A stretch of 58,137 bases of DNA, counting the filler, from Basidioascus undulatus (taxonomy: Eukaryota): assembly GCA_000826855.1 (NCBI GenBank). It is 6 parts of 6 records of this genome, joined end to end, with 100 filler letters (N's around TTAATTAATTAA, not from the genome) between each part and the next. Parts side by side here need not be neighbours in the genome. Positions count along the whole stretch, not along the records: positions 1 to 9,592 come from JTLS01001233.1; positions 9,693 to 19,310 come from JTLS01001234.1; 4 more parts are not named here. The stretch is one strand, 5' to 3'. The notes beneath the pieces were generated by a model. The model saw only the letters and a program-made list of their open reading frames with translations. It searched no databases and had not been told where the DNA came from. This document shows, in pieces, positions 1 to 15,133 of this stretch. Position 1 is the first letter of the stretch. Each line of letters begins with the position of its first letter. Made by a program: the position numbers and the translations under genes.

Positions 1-2678
1 ACGAAAGGGGGAGAGGAGCAAGGGGGGGTGGACGGACCTGTGGGCCGAGACGGAGGAGGAAGAGCGGGAGCCGGTCGAGGTCGGGCGTGTACTTGGGCAG
101 GAGCATCGGCAGGCTCTCCAAGTCGCCCGCCTCGTTGACGCACATCGAGAAGTACTCGTCCAGCATCTCGCGGCGGTCCATCAGGATGTCAACAATGTGC
201 TGCTCGAACAAAAAAAAAGGGCACGGGTCAGCCCGGCTCCTCCTCTAACTGCAGAGAAACGGGCCAGCGGCGCACATCAATCACCCCGTTGATGCCCAGC
301 GGCGAGTTGCGTACGGTAGGCTCGTGCTCGGCTGCGAGCTGGACGAGCGTCCGGATCGGCGGAGGAGGCGAGAGACGCATGCGGGGGATCGCCCCGAATT
401 GGCGTAGGCCGAGCTGGTAGAAGAGCTCGTCGCTGTCGCCCGGAAGTCAGTTGTGAGTGTGCGTGCGAGGTGGTCAAGGGATAGTGCAGATGCGCACGCG
501 AGCTCGCAATGGTTGACAATGTACAGTTTCGTCTCGTGCTGGATGAGCGAGAGCGAGAGCTTGAGGTCGACGATGCCGACGAACGTGTGCTTCGCGAGGA
601 TGTCGGCCATGCCTGTCCCCGCACCCTCGCTTTTCAGCACCCTACTGCCGCCTCACTCCCAAGCCCGCACCTAAACCGGACGCACCAGAGTGCTTCGCCC
701 GCGCCACCTCCGCCTTGAGCTCCTTGACGCTCGTGAGCCTGCACTCGCTCTGCGCGATGTGGCCCGCGCGCTTGCCCGGCTCGCCGGGTGGCGCGACGAA
801 GCGCGCCTCGTCAACGGCCTCGCGCCGCCGCTTGGCGGAGGGGCCGAGCTCGTCAGACGGGGAGGAGGGCGCTTGCAACGGGTCGAGCACGGGGAACATC
901 GAGTCCAGCGTGCGGGAGGTGGTGTCCGTGCGGATCATGTTCTTGGGGGCGGGCTTGTTCATGGATGACTTGGGGACTGGCGGGCGGGCGTTTGCGCGTA
1001 AGCGCGACATTGTCGAAATGAGAGGGGATCGATTGGAAACGAACCGCCGCCGGAGCCAGACCTCGATGCGCTAGGTGCCGGCTGCGACGCCCCAGGCAGG
1101 AGCATCTACGATCCCCAACCTTCATCAGCCCCATCTCCTTTCTCCCAGCAACAACCCACGTACCTGGACCCCATACGTCCTGCTCAAGTTCCCCTCCGCG
1201 AGCGCGTCGCTGACGCGGTCCGCCAGGTCCGTGACGATCTCGTCCTCGTCGAGGAAGCGCACCTCGCTCTTGGTCGGGTGGACGTTGACGTCCAGCGCGG
1301 CGGGCTCGATCTCGAGCGCTAGGTAGATGAACGGGTGCCCGCCTTTGGGCAGGATCTTGGAGTAGTGCTCCTCGAGCTGGCGCTTCAGGGGCGTGTGGTC
1401 CACAAGGCGATCTGCGGATCAGATGAGGATGAGCGGCGTGAGTGCGATGGGACCGGGCGGAAGACACGCACGGTTAATAAAGAGCAGGAACGTCGTCCGC
1501 TTGACGGAGTAGTTCGCAGACGTCACGTATCCCTCCGCCTTGTACCGCAGCGGCTCGTTCTCGTGTTTGAAGTGCACGAGCTCGCGCGCGACGGACGCGC
1601 CGTACAGCGCCTTGATGTTGTCGATCGTCGATGCTGCCGAAGAAGTGGACACGTCCGCGATGTTGCTGCCGACCTGGCCAATCCCCTCCTCCGTCCGCAT
1701 CAACTCGGCCGTGCCGCCTGCCAGTGACTCGAGACACCACGCAGCGCACCTTCTTGCACACGAACGCAACGCCCGCGTTGTGCACCGCGTAGCGCGTCAC
1801 GACGTCCAAGATCCGGTTGTACTCCTCCGCGGGGCTCTTGAGCGCGCGCTTACGGGTTGGGACATTATAGAACAGGTCCTCGACCTGTGCCCCATCCTCG
1901 CCGTCAACCTCATCCCGCACCCACCGCCAGCGCACCCGACCAAGCTTACCGTCAGCGTCGTCCCATCATTTCCCGCAGTAGGCTTGGGATCCCTCCCCGC
2001 GCCCGGCTTGGGCTCCGCGAGCTCTCCGTCGGCGTAGCATGCTCTGCGCGCCCCTCTCCCGCCTCAGCTCTGCACGGCCGGGACACAGCCCATGAAAGCT
2101 CACCTCCAAGCATTCGAGTCCTTCTTCATCTTGGTTACCACGCTCAGATGCGCAACATGACTAATGCTCGCGAGCGCCTCGCCGCGGAAGCCGTACGTCG
2201 CTATCGACCCGAGGTCCTCGAACGCCCGGATCTTGGACGTCGTGAACCGCTCGCAGAGGATCGGGAGATCCGCGTGCTTTCCCACAGCCCCCCATCAGTC
2301 TCTTCCGATACCCAAAGGCGCTCAGGAGGGGAGGGGCGAGGGCAAAAAAAGCTCACGTTGATCCCGTGCCCGTTGTCCTGGATCTGCAGCAGCTTGTGCC
2401 CCCCGTCCTTGAGCGTGAGCTTAATGCTCGTCGCGCCCGCGTCGAGCGAGTTCTCCATGAGCTCCTTGAGCGCGTTGGCTGGTCGGTGGATGATCTGCGA
2501 CAGAGCATCAGCTACCGAGGCTGGGGGCGAGCGGGCGAGCAGCGTGTACCTCTCCGGCGGCGATGCGGTTCACCACCGCCTCCTCGAGCTTCTGAATCGG
2601 TTTTGGCCCAGAAGGAGGCGAGGGATCCTGGGCGTCTGTAATGGTAGAATGAGAAGTGGATGGTTGGTCGACATTCAT
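1..2678 (-). CDS. MLH1: DNA mismatch repair protein MutL homolog Mlh1 (multi-exon; 3' end runs off the window)
   Basis: Spliced translation MNVDQPST...[39 protein letters not shown]...[19 protein letters not shown]...[63 protein letters not shown]-terminal-domain pieces HTFVGIVD...[11 protein letters not shown] and REMLDEYFS...[23 protein letters not shown]. Confidence 0.96.
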
Positions 2679-3121
2679 CGCAATGTGCTACGTAGCGTAT
2701 GATGACAGGAAGCAAGTTGCGACGGCGGCGGACGCGTCAACTCGAGATTCATTTCAGAGCGCGTTCCCGCGACGCGTCTTCTTTCATAATTCCTCCTGCC
2801 TCGCCCCCTTCTCATCTGCCTCCATCTACCGCCATGGGGCTCTGTCTTCCTCAGGGAATTCATGGTCGTTCCTTGTCAAGGGCCTATCACTCTGCGAAAT
2901 CCTATCAAGACTTCGAGGGTGCAGCCTGAAACGGCGCCGTGCCGGTCACACACACGGCACTTCACAGTTACAAAGCTGCATGGGCCCGAGCAATAAGAGT
3001 AACCAGACTTGACGAGTTTAAGCGCAACAGTGACAAGAACGATGAATTGAAATCACAGGACAGAGGGCGTGTATAGTTTGCAGAACGTGTGTGCTTGTTT
3101 CAGAGGACTTTGTTGTAAGAT

Positions 3122-4383
3122 TCATTGAAGGGTTTCGAGTTCTGGTGCATTGAAAGATGGAGTCATTACATAAATGGTTGGAACAATGGAATCATGGGAA
3201 GTGACTTGGGGTATACAAAAGCCTTCTGTTCTGCTGTGGAGGATCGAAATCCGGCGCCGTTGGGGCTTTCGGCTCCTCGCGAAGCTCATCACCTTCCATG
3301 GTGTCATGAGTAAATTATAAATGAGTCTTATTCATATGTTCGAGAATTTGCTACACCGGCGTTTCATCGCTCTACACACCTTCTGGGCCCGAGAAAAAGA
3401 CTGCAGGTCGCCCGCGAGATCAAATGCTGGCGAACGTCTCCGTCGAAGTCGCCCGAGGCTGCGCCGGGCTCCTCGTCCAACTCGAGCGGCCTCATTCCTA
3501 CCACCACCATGATCGGCCCCAGGGACGCGCTATGCATAAGCTGAAGGCTGCCAACCCATCTGAATCGAATGGATGGATCAAGTGAGTACTTTCGCCCCAT
3601 GGCACCATTCGACAACCTCCTGACATACGGGTTGTTAGCTCTATTTCTCTACGCTCGTTATCGGTGAGGGGGGAAGCCGACGTGTCGTAATGAGACGCTG
3701 TACTACATCAGCAACGTTTTTACGCAGTGAAGGTTGAGGCGCAAACTGCGTACATTGTGCGGATCCCCTCGCAAACATCGTGGACTGTCACGCCGGTAGA
3801 GTTCGAGACGCGGTGGGCCCAGAAGTGCTCCAGACCTGGAACCATGTGGGAGAGGACCAGTTTCTGAACGGGGGGCGCCGTCGCAAAAGTTGCAGCGAGC
3901 GAAATGTGCTCAAGAACTAACCTTCAAGAAATGCTTTAAAAGCCCTCACTTTATCTATCGCCAGACCCTCGCCCGCGTCCGAGGGTAGGTAGAGGGAGAA
4001 CTGCCGGACGACGGAATACAGCTCGACCTTGCACACCTGCTCGGCGGCCATGGCGTTGAAGAACGGGGGCGATGTCCGAAGAGCGTGCTCTATAAGTTTT
4101 GTGGATCCACAGTTTGCAATTTACTTTGTTGAACTACAGGACAAGCATACCGAACATGCTCGGTATGAACAAGTTGCACGTTGTTCCCTGCCCGGCGACA
4201 GGAAGCCCCAGCTTCGCCACCGTTGCCCGCATGGCCCTCAAACTGTCGACTCGATCTCCGAAGGCAAACGGGGCGCCCCAGCCCCGGTTGCGTAATGTGC
4301 TCAGGAGAAACTCCTCCTCACAAACGCTCTTGAGCCGAGCGCAAGCTTAGGAGAAAGCCGCGGACATAGCTGAACGTCGACAT
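3122..4383 (-). CDS. Hypothetical intron-containing protein (boundaries approximate)
   Basis: Consecutive minus-strand exon-like blocks bounded by GT..AG: EEFLLSTLRNRGWGAPFAFG..., EHALRTSPPFF...YLPSDAGEGLAIDK, VLEHISLAATFATAPPVQKLVLSH...VSNSTGVTVHDVCEGIRT, ending ...YVMTPSFNAPELETLQ*. No family recognised with certainty. Confidence 0.4.
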
Positions 4384-4871
4384 TTCATTTCGAACGAGAA
4401 CGAGAAGCTCGGTTCGGGAGCGAAAGGAGTGAATCCGAGGGCATTTTCAGAGCGTAAGTGATGCGAGTTATTCCGAAGATAGTTGGTGGTAGCGAGAGAG
4501 CCGTGAATTGCGAGGTACGGTGGTGCCTCGGGCTGCGGATGAAGCCACCTCGCGCCGTGTCGTCAGTAGCTTGCTCAACCCACGATCGTTGCGAAGGATG
4601 AAATAGCGGAAGACGGAACACCTTTGACACTCTCGCACTTTTCCCCGTTCCGCTCCCGCTCCCGCACCCCGCATTCTCCCACCCAACTCGAGTTTACGCG
4701 TTACGTTGCACGGTTCGACCGAACTCCTCATTTGAACCTTTCGAGAAAGGGCTGTACATGAAAAGAATGTGCCGATTGGGAGTGCCTAAGCCGCTGAGCA
4801 GACGCCGACCCGTCCGCCAGACCCGCTTTGGTCGACTACTGTGCAGGGGATGTGAAAGATATAATATTTCA

Positions 4872-7800
4872 TCATGCGGCGGCCTCCGCCAACCGCACCG
4901 CCGCCAACACGCGCCAGTTGTCCGCATCCCATGGCGCGAGCATGACCGCGCGCTGAGCCTCGCGCAGCCCAACATCCCTCACGTACTCCTGCCTGTCCAC
5001 AACGACAGGCTCCTGCCTCTCGTCCCCTGCCGTCGAGCCCTGCGCCTTGGCGAACGCAGCAAGCCGGAGCGACGCCGGGTCGCGGGGGTCCGTCCGCCCC
5101 AATGCGACGCGCCGCGCCAGATCCCGCTCGTTATCGCGAAAGAGCGATGAGGCTAGGTCTTGCGATGCGCGGGCAGATGCGGGTTGGGCGTGCAGCGCGC
5201 GCGACAGGGTGAAGCGTGCTTTGGGGAGGTTGCCCTGGACGAGTACAGGATGTTAGAAAAGCGTGAAGAAATGTGAATGTCGGAAGCCCCGACGCACAGC
5301 TGACAGATGGTGCTGCACAAGAAGCCGATCAACGTCCCGTGCAGGGTCCAGAGCGAGACGCTTGTCAATCGGCATAGCGAGGATCTCAGCGAGCGCAGCG
5401 TCCACCAGGCCGTCGTCGTCCGTGAGCGTGCCAATCGCGGCGAGAGCGGTAATCGCGCCCAGGTTGTCCGCGTCGGTGGAGATGCTGCGAGCGCCTCACG
5501 CCTCAGCATCACGCAGGGCAAACGAAGGGAACGTCGAGCACGCACAAGTCCAGCAGCTGCCCCTTCGCCGCGTCTCTCAGCTCCTCCCCTCCCATTGACC
5601 ACAGTGTCTGCGCAAGGAGGACCGCAACGTGCCCGCGCGCCTCTTTCCTCTCAGCGGGGAGATCCTCCAGCGCAGCCTGCAGCGCCTCGAGCGACCCCTC
5701 GCGATCATCCTGGAAGAAGCGCACGACGCCGAGCCCGAACTGCGCTTGGCACCGCAGGAGCTGCGAACGCGGGTCGGACGCGCCCGCGGGCGTCAGACTC
5801 GCGGCGCTCGAGAATGCGTCCGCCGCGGCGGCGTAATCCTTGAGCGCGAGGCGGATGCGACCGAGACTCGCATTGGCCATGGCGAACTGCGTCTCGAGCT
5901 CGGCGCTTTCGGACTCCTCGTACGCGGAGACGAGGAGCGCGATCGCCTTGTCGATCTGCTCTGCGGCGAGGTCGAGCTGGCCGAGGCGCTCGCAGACGAG
6001 CGCGTGCAGGTGCAGGCCGGCTGGATCGTCTGGCCGCATCTCGGTGAATCGTTGCAGGGCGTATGAGGGAGCGTGAAGGCCGCCGGAGGCGGGTTGCTGG
6101 GCAGAGTCGGGGGAGAAGAGGGCGAACACGCGCGAAGCGTAGTTGAAGTCGCTTTCGAGCTGAGTGCGAAGTGTGTAAGCGCAACCGTGACACACGAGTA
6201 CATGACAGAAAAAAGCGTACCTCAGCGCCGTAGGAGATGGTGAACGCGTGCTCGAACAGGACCCGCGAGTCGACGACATCGCCCGACGCGGACGCGACGA
6301 GCGCCTGGCCGACCCAAGCGAGCACGTAGTCCGGGTCAAGCGTCTGCGCGCGGAGGAACGCTGCGTTGGAGAGCTCGAGGTCGTGCTGGGCAAGGTAGAG
6401 ACAGCCGAGGTTGGTCCAGAAGAGGGCGTTCTGGAAGCCATGCCCCAAGTCAGCCAACAGCTACACAAGTCAGCCAGCACAAGACGCACCCGAGGATCGC
6501 ACTCGATCGCCTTGATGTACGAGTGCTGCGCGAGCTTGACGTCCCTTTCGAACGATAGGTTCCCCAGCGCGTTCCAGAAGTTTTCGTTGAAGGGCTCGAA
6601 CGCGAGGGCCTGGCGGACGGTGCCTAGCGCGTACTTTCGGTTCTTCTCGTCCCCGCGGGCGTGCAGCGCCAGCGCAAGGTCGTACCACGACGTCGAGACG
6701 GACTCGGGCTCGCCGAAGTCGAGCAGGATGCAGTACTGGTACGCGGCGACAGCGACGTCGCGCAGCGCGGGGGGCTGGAGCTCCGTGGGCGGTGTGGACA
6801 AGAGGGACGAGAGCGAGAATGTGCCAGGGTAGGATGCCTTTTCCTCGAGCTGCTCCTCCTGCAGCACGGCAAGAAGCGGTGCGAGCGCGGCGTGCAGCTT
6901 CTCCGGGTCCTCGAAGCCCGGCAGCTTCGCCAGCTCCGTCGCGGCGTCGCCGACCGTCTTCCAGACCATGCGGAGGTGGCGCTCAGAGCGAACGACCTGC
7001 TCCGCGCGCTCGAGGACCGCGCGGAGGCTCACTCCGCACCGTGCAGTGAACCCCGTCGCGAACTCCGTGCGGCCCAGGGCGAGGTGCGTCTGCGCCAAGA
7101 CAGCGAGGACGCCGAGCTCGCCCGGCCGCCGCCCGAGGACGTCCTCAAGCAGGTCGATTGCGGGCTGGTACAGCCCCAGCTGGCGCTGCACGTCCGCCGT
7201 CGCGTACGACGCGAGCCAGTTGTCCGGGTGGAGCTCGTGCGCGCGCGAGAACGTCTTGAGCGCTGCGGCGTGCCGACCGGCGGCGGCGTAGGCCTCGCCG
7301 AGGCGAAGCCAGGACGAGACGTCCTTCGGCTCGGCTCGCAGGGCGATCTGGAACGCTTGGATCGCGCCGGGGTAGTTTTGTCGGCTCTGCAGATGTGTGC
7401 AAAATGTCATGAGCCATTTTTTCGGGACTGTACGCGGGGGACGCACGAGCTCAACTACACCGATCGCCTTCCAAGCCCAAGCGTTGCGAGACAGATACCG
7501 GCCCTTGACGAGCTCCTCCGGCGTACCGCCCTCGCCCTCGACCGTCCTCCTCGCGACGATCTCGACGAGGTCCCACTCGCGCTCATCGGCGAACCTGCCC
7601 CACACCCACTTCCGCATCAGCAACCGGCCTCCCCCACTGAATAGCAACGACGGAAGCGCACCCGTCCGCGAGCCACTGCGCGGCCTCATTCTCGCGCGGG
7701 TCGAGCTCGAACGCCTTCTGGAAGCACTTTGACGCGCGCGCGTGGTCGGGCGGGTCGGACGCGTGGAGGTAGAAGAGGCCGAGGGCGGTGAAGGATGGGG

Positions 7801-9592
7801 CGTACGTCGGCACGCGCTTGATGGACGTGATGAAATGCGAGTAGGACGTCTGGCGGCGGTCGTCTATTCACCCCTCCTCATCCTATTCAGCATGCCTGAT
7901 CCCGTCAAACCGGACGAGTAACGCACCGCCCATCTCCCAGAACGTCTTGCCGAGCCTCCACCACGCCCTTGCCTTCTGGAGCTCCCTCCCCTCCGTCTGC
8001 TCGAGCACCTCCAGCACGCCCTCCAAGCCCTCGCGGCCCTCCTCCCCGCGGCCCTCCATGACCGCGCACCAGCTCTCCTCCTCCCACGCCTCGAGCCCGG
8101 CGTCCCCGGCGTCGAGCTCCCGCACGCGCGCAAATACCCCGCGCGCGTCCGCCCACTTGCCTGCGTGCTGCAGAACTACGCCGCGCGCCATGAGCGCGGG
8201 GACGGACGCCGGGCGAGAGGAGAGCACGGAGGAGAGCAGCCCCAGGGCGCGCGGGTGGTGCTGCGGCGGGTGCAGGTGCGTGAGCGAGACGGCGAAGGTC
8301 GTTTGCAGCGTGACGGTCGTTCTGCGACGGGGTCAGCTTCTGGAGAATGGGGCGGTAGAGAGAGAGAACGCACTCGGGTAGAGGTCGGCCAATGTCCTTC
8401 TCTAAGCGGCGCACGAGCTCCAGCCCCGCTTCCGCCACGCCAGACGCGTTCTCCCAGTCTTCTTCCCAGAGGTACGCCTCGCTCAGCACACGATGAGCAA
8501 ACAGCGAGTCGGGGCTCGCCTCGAAGCCAGTCTACCCGACGACAAGCAGTCAGCGTCCAGTCTGTGCGAGTGCTGCGCGCGACACGCACGATAATCAGAT
8601 CCAGGGCTTCGTCATAGGGTACGGACGGCGGCTCGTCCTCGTAGGGCTCAAACTCCACGGCAAAGTACGAGAGGTAGCCGGAGATGAGGGTCGAGAGGCC
8701 GTGCTGGGGAAAGAGCCGGCGGAAGCGGCGGAGCAGATCGGGGTCGTAGTTATCTGAGCAGCCCAACCGTATCAGCTCCTCCTGTCTCCAGCCCGCAGGA
8801 AGGTCTGCACCCACCCAGCTTCTCCCTGTCCTCCCACTCCACCGCGACGATCCACGCGAGCTCGTCGGGAATATTGAGGAGGACCATGCCCCGCACCATC
8901 TCCTGCACTTCCGCGCGCAGGGCGTCCTTGCGCGCCTGCTGCGCCTCGACATCCGCGGGCGCGGGCTTCTTCTTGATGAGCGCGATCTCGGAAGGCGACG
9001 GCGGGGCGGGAAGGGAGAGGAGGTGCGCGTGATGGAAGCGGAGGAGGGCGGACTCAGTCGAGCGCCGGAGGTCGTCGGACGTCGAGGGGTGGTTGAGGAC
9101 CTCATTATAGAGTGGGGGGAGCTGAGGGGGTGTCAGAGCAAGCGCAGAGGGAGGAAAGAATCTGCGATCCACGCACCTTGCTCTTCTCCGCCGCCTCCAG
9201 CCCCACCTCCCTCTGCAACGCATCCCTAGTCGGCGCATTTAACCTTGTCCGTCGCTTCTCCACCTCCCGCCTCCTCCACTCGCCCTCCTCCTTCTCGTGA
9301 ATCCCCACCAGCTCAAGCAGCACCGGCAGCGCGTCGTGCACGGCCTCCTGCGTCGCGAACGTCGTCGTCTTGAGCGGCGCGGTCGGCTCAGGCTCGGGCA
9401 GCTGGGAGAGCACGGGATAGTACCGCGAGGAGGGGAGGAGGAGCGCGAGCGCGTCGGCGAGCTCCAGGGGCGTGGAGCGCAAGCGCCGGTGCGCGAGCAG
9501 CTTCTGAAGCGTCTCGGCGAGCCTGGTCGGGTCGTTTCTGGAGAGGCGGCGTGAGGGGAGGGGGGGGGTGGGGAGGGGGAGTGGAAGAGGGG
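4872..9592 (-). CDS. SKI3: Superkiller protein 3 (TPR-repeat SKI complex subunit; 5' end truncated at contig end)
   Basis: Long array of TPR repeats (AIQAFQIALRAEPKDVSSWLRLGEAYAAAGRHAAALKTF; RASKCFQKAFELDPRENEAA; FWTNLGCLYL...AFLRAQTLDPDYVLAWVGQA). Ski3-type segments LPPLYNEVLNHPSTSDDLRRSTE and EMVRGMVLLNIPDELAW, and C-terminal AQRAVMLAPWDADNW. Confidence 0.88.
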
Positions 9593-9692
9593 NNNNNNNN
9601 NNNNNNNNNNNNNNNNNNNNNNNNNNNNNNNNNNNNTTAATTAATTAANNNNNNNNNNNNNNNNNNNNNNNNNNNNNNNNNNNNNNNNNNNN
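9593..9692. other. Artificial contig-joining spacer (44 N + TTAATTAATTAA + 44 N)
   Basis: Exactly 100 bp; the 12-mer has stop codons in all six frames; occurs five times in the window. Confidence 0.99.
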
Positions 9693-10325
9693 TACGGCGC
9701 ACTGACATCTGATCTCTCTGCGATCTCCGCTGCGTGCTGCGTGCTGCGTGAGCCTTCAGTTGAGGTCTGCAGGGAGATGGGCACGCTGTGTTCCTGTGCA
9801 AGACTTCTTCTTTACCCAAACCTTTAGGCTTGAAGCTGGTTCAAACCAACGCAAACCCCGCATAGACAGCGCCATACTCATTTTTCAACAGACTATTGCC
9901 CTTCTTATCGCCTCATGGAATTGAAGAGTAATCGTCTAGCAGTTTTTCGTTCTCACACATCGCTTGTTCCCCAACTGAAAACAACTGAATGCGTCTCGCT
10001 GAGTGCCTGTTACATCTTTGATACGTACTCAACTGCCGACAGATGCAATGCAAGCCCATTAATTTAAGGTTCAGGCCGGTGAGACGCGCTGGACGCGCTG
10101 GGGTGAGACACGCCTCCGACTGCTGGCTGTCGAAGCGCGTCTGCCCTGGCTGGCCGTCGAACGCGCGATTCCCACAAGCTGCGCTGGCTGCAGCTTGATT
10201 CTTTCCCTGCGCACCCCTTGCCCTCCTGCACCTTCCCACCGCACCAGCCGCCCGCGCACACCCTCCTTTGGTCCCCGTACCCACCCTATAACCCCCCTAG
10301 CGACCCCTTATTTGATTCACAGGAA

Positions 10326-12199
<1,874 letters not shown>

Positions 12200-12725
12200 A
12201 CACCCCATTCACTTCCCTTTTCATGTCTCTCCCGGACTTTCCTGCCTTATTATAGCCCACACGCTCTTTCAGTGCTTCAGCCATCCTCTTTACTCTATCG
12301 TTCTTTATCTCATGGTTCCGGGCCTTCATGTAACGTCTTCTGTCTCTCTTTTGCTTTCTTTGTATCTCTGTCCCCCTCTAACTTGCATATCTGTGAACGG
12401 GATTTCGGGCATCATATTATAGATTGGCGGGGCACGTTTGTGCGTTCGAAGTACCATCAGCGCGTGCGTGGGGCCCGGGTGTGATGCATGTTTTGTCAGG
12501 AAAAGGGCAAGCTGCCTAAAGAGGCCGCTACATCTGGACGCATTTTTCGCGTGCCAGGGACCGGCGCCACTGCCCAGCCTCGTCCAAAACTCGATCAAAC
12601 TGCGGAGACAAGCGGAAGAGTCTACAACAAGGCGAAGCGTTCCTGGGCTGGACAGGTACGCCGCAATTGGGGAACTTCAAGCGCTTCGTCTGTCTCGTTC
12701 AAAAGGGCATACTGATTCGAGTACC

Positions 12726-14628
12726 ATGAGCACCTTCGTTAAAAGAATGCACTGGCCTGCGCCGTTTGGCAAAACGTTCACCGAGCAGAGCGTTATTTGG
12801 TGCTACCAGCGTGGGCTCGCAGCACGCGCCCGCTCTACTAACGTCGCACACTCTTGGGATTGCGGCTTGACCTTGACTTTAGACCTTCTGCTGTCGCGAC
12901 TTGCCTCGTACATTATCTTCTTTTCTCTAGTTTATTCCTATCTATACCCTCGCGTGGATGTACAAGCCATGATCTCGGCGGTCTCCCCACTTGTAAGTTC
13001 TCTTGAGCTTTCACAGCGCGACCTGGGCCTCGCTGACGCGAAGACGCTCGACGCGACAACTTTGGCGCCTCCAGAATCGGCGGTTGCTCTCCACCGCTGG
13101 CCTGGCTGTTCTGGTGCTCTGGACGCTCTTTCATGCGGGTTTGTGATCGTTCCTGTTATATGGCTCTGTTGGGGCAGGGCTGATGTAGGACAGCGTCTGG
13201 TCGCGTCGACAGCCGACTTCAACTTTGAGCCGTCGCGACCGCGAAGCCGGACAGCAGTCGGGGACTCCGACGCGCTTTGGGAGGTGGTCGAGATCCGGCC
13301 AACACCGCTGCGACCATGCGAGCGTACGCTGCTCTTTAGCTTTGCGGGTGTGTATGGGTTCGGGAGCGAAATCGGCATGCTCGTGCGTTCCTCTCCTTTG
13401 GCTGGTGTAGCTCTAGGTCGGGTCAGCAAATGGGGCAGCCGGGCTCACGAGAGCGACGCGTGGTTACGACGGAGGTGGTAGACTCGCGCAGCTGTGCTAG
13501 CCGAGATGTATAGCTACGAGCTTGTCATCGACACGAGTGCGTGGCAGTACGGCTCGTTCTACGACTACTTCCTTCCGCCTCAGCTCCAGTGCTCGCCGCC
13601 GGACGACTGGGCAACCCGCCTGCGGGTCTGTGTCGGCGATAGCGGTTGGTCCGATGCACCGCACGTCTACGCGGCCCGACCAATGTGCGTCTTCTCACAT
13701 CTGCTCTGACACGTCGCTCAGCACTGATGCATGTCTGACATTACGATGCTGTTCTCCTCTCGGCAGCCATGAGACGATGGACAAGCTCCTCCTCGCGTAC
13801 TACACTCCGCTTGAGGCCCGGCGCGCTCTTCGCGACCTCGACCGCGCCAATATCGCGGACCACCTCACCCTCCTACCCGCTGAGCAGACCCTCCTACCGA
13901 CCCTGCGCGAGGTCTTCCGCGCCCAGTCTGCGGCGCTCCGCCGCCTGTGGCGCCCCTCACCAGCCGTGCAAGGCATGATCTCAAATCTTGCGCGGGATCT
14001 GGCTCGTCAGCGCCTGGCCGCCGCGGCCGATGGTGCTGACGAAGCCGAGGGCGACGCCCTCGCTGACGTCGGTGCTCAGATCGGCGTGCACTTCCGACTG
14101 GGAGACAAGGCGCGCGAATCGATGAAGTTCGGGGACTCGGGCGTGTCGCACCGGTTTGGCGACCCGTCCGGCTACCTCGCCGCCGCACGCGAGGTCCTAC
14201 CCGCCGTCTCCTCGACGTCGAACACGCCCGCGAGCCTGGTGGTCATGTCGGACGACTCTGCGAAGGCGCAGAGCATTTTCGAGGAGTCGTCCGAGCTCGC
14301 GCCTTTCACCGTGCTGTCCACCTCGCCGGTGTCGGCGCTCGTCAAGGCGCCCGAGGGGCACAACCAGTGGACCTTCAACACGCTCGACCTCCGACTGCGC
14401 ATCCAGTACACGCAGCTGTTCGTCCGCGACGTGACGTACCTCGCGCAGCACACGCAGGGCGTTCTGTGCTCGTCGAGCAGCAACGTCGGCGTGCTCCTCC
14501 TTCTGCTAGCAGGCGAGGAGAAGGTGGAGAACGGCTTGGCGAGGAGCGTCGATGCCAGATGGGTGCCGACCACTATTTATCAGATGATGTACGATGGATT
14601 AGATGAGGACGAGGGGAGCCAGGCATAG
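12726..14628 (+). CDS. Putative GT-B fucosyltransferase, FUT8/NodZ (GT23)-like, type II membrane protein (start uncertain)
   Basis: N-terminal hydrophobic segment LLLSRLASYIIFFSLVYSYLY and a Gly loop GVYGFGSEIGML. The three alpha-2/alpha-6 fucosyltransferase motifs occur in order: IGVHFRLGDK (~14080-14109), LVVMSDD (~14235-14256) and DVTYLAQHTQGVLCSSSSNV (~14428-14487). Confidence 0.72.
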
Positions 14629-15133
14629 ACTTTCTGTTCGTGGGGCATTTTGCCGCAATTTTCGCTTGACTGATTGAGGGGATTGCAGCGGCCGGTGAGG
14701 CACTGTAGGGTAACTATAAACGATAGCGGTGTGGAAAGCAATATGTATAAACACGCGCTGCAGAGATTGGGCGCGAAGCTTGGATGAATAAAGGCCGAGG
14801 TCTAGGACTCTAAACAACCGCTGTACCAAATAAACATGCCTGGAACAATACTGTTTCTTATAGTGTTTCAACAGTACGAGCATCATTTGGGGTGACTATT
14901 GATGGACTTGCGAAGCTCTTGTATGAGTGCACCAGCTGCAGATACCGTGCAGCAACGTTAACGTAGGTTGTTTTTTCTCGCAATCACATTCTTTTGAGAA
15001 AGTGTCTAGGTCCGTGGTCCTCACACCCAAGTGACGGCCACAAAAAAAAATGAGATGTTGCAAGAGGCGCGGTCCTTCCCGGCATTGGCGCCGGACGCCG
15101 GAGGACGCAGCTTGGCTTGGAGGTTGAGCTGGC

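Noticed and set aside
9637..9648. TTAATTAATTAA recurring about every 9.7 kb as a biological repeat or transposon target site
   Set aside because: Always centred in 88 Ns; a standard six-frame-stop assembly linker.
9730..9750. (CTGCGTG)3 short tandem repeat
   Set aside because: Trivial microsatellite-like repeat with no other support.
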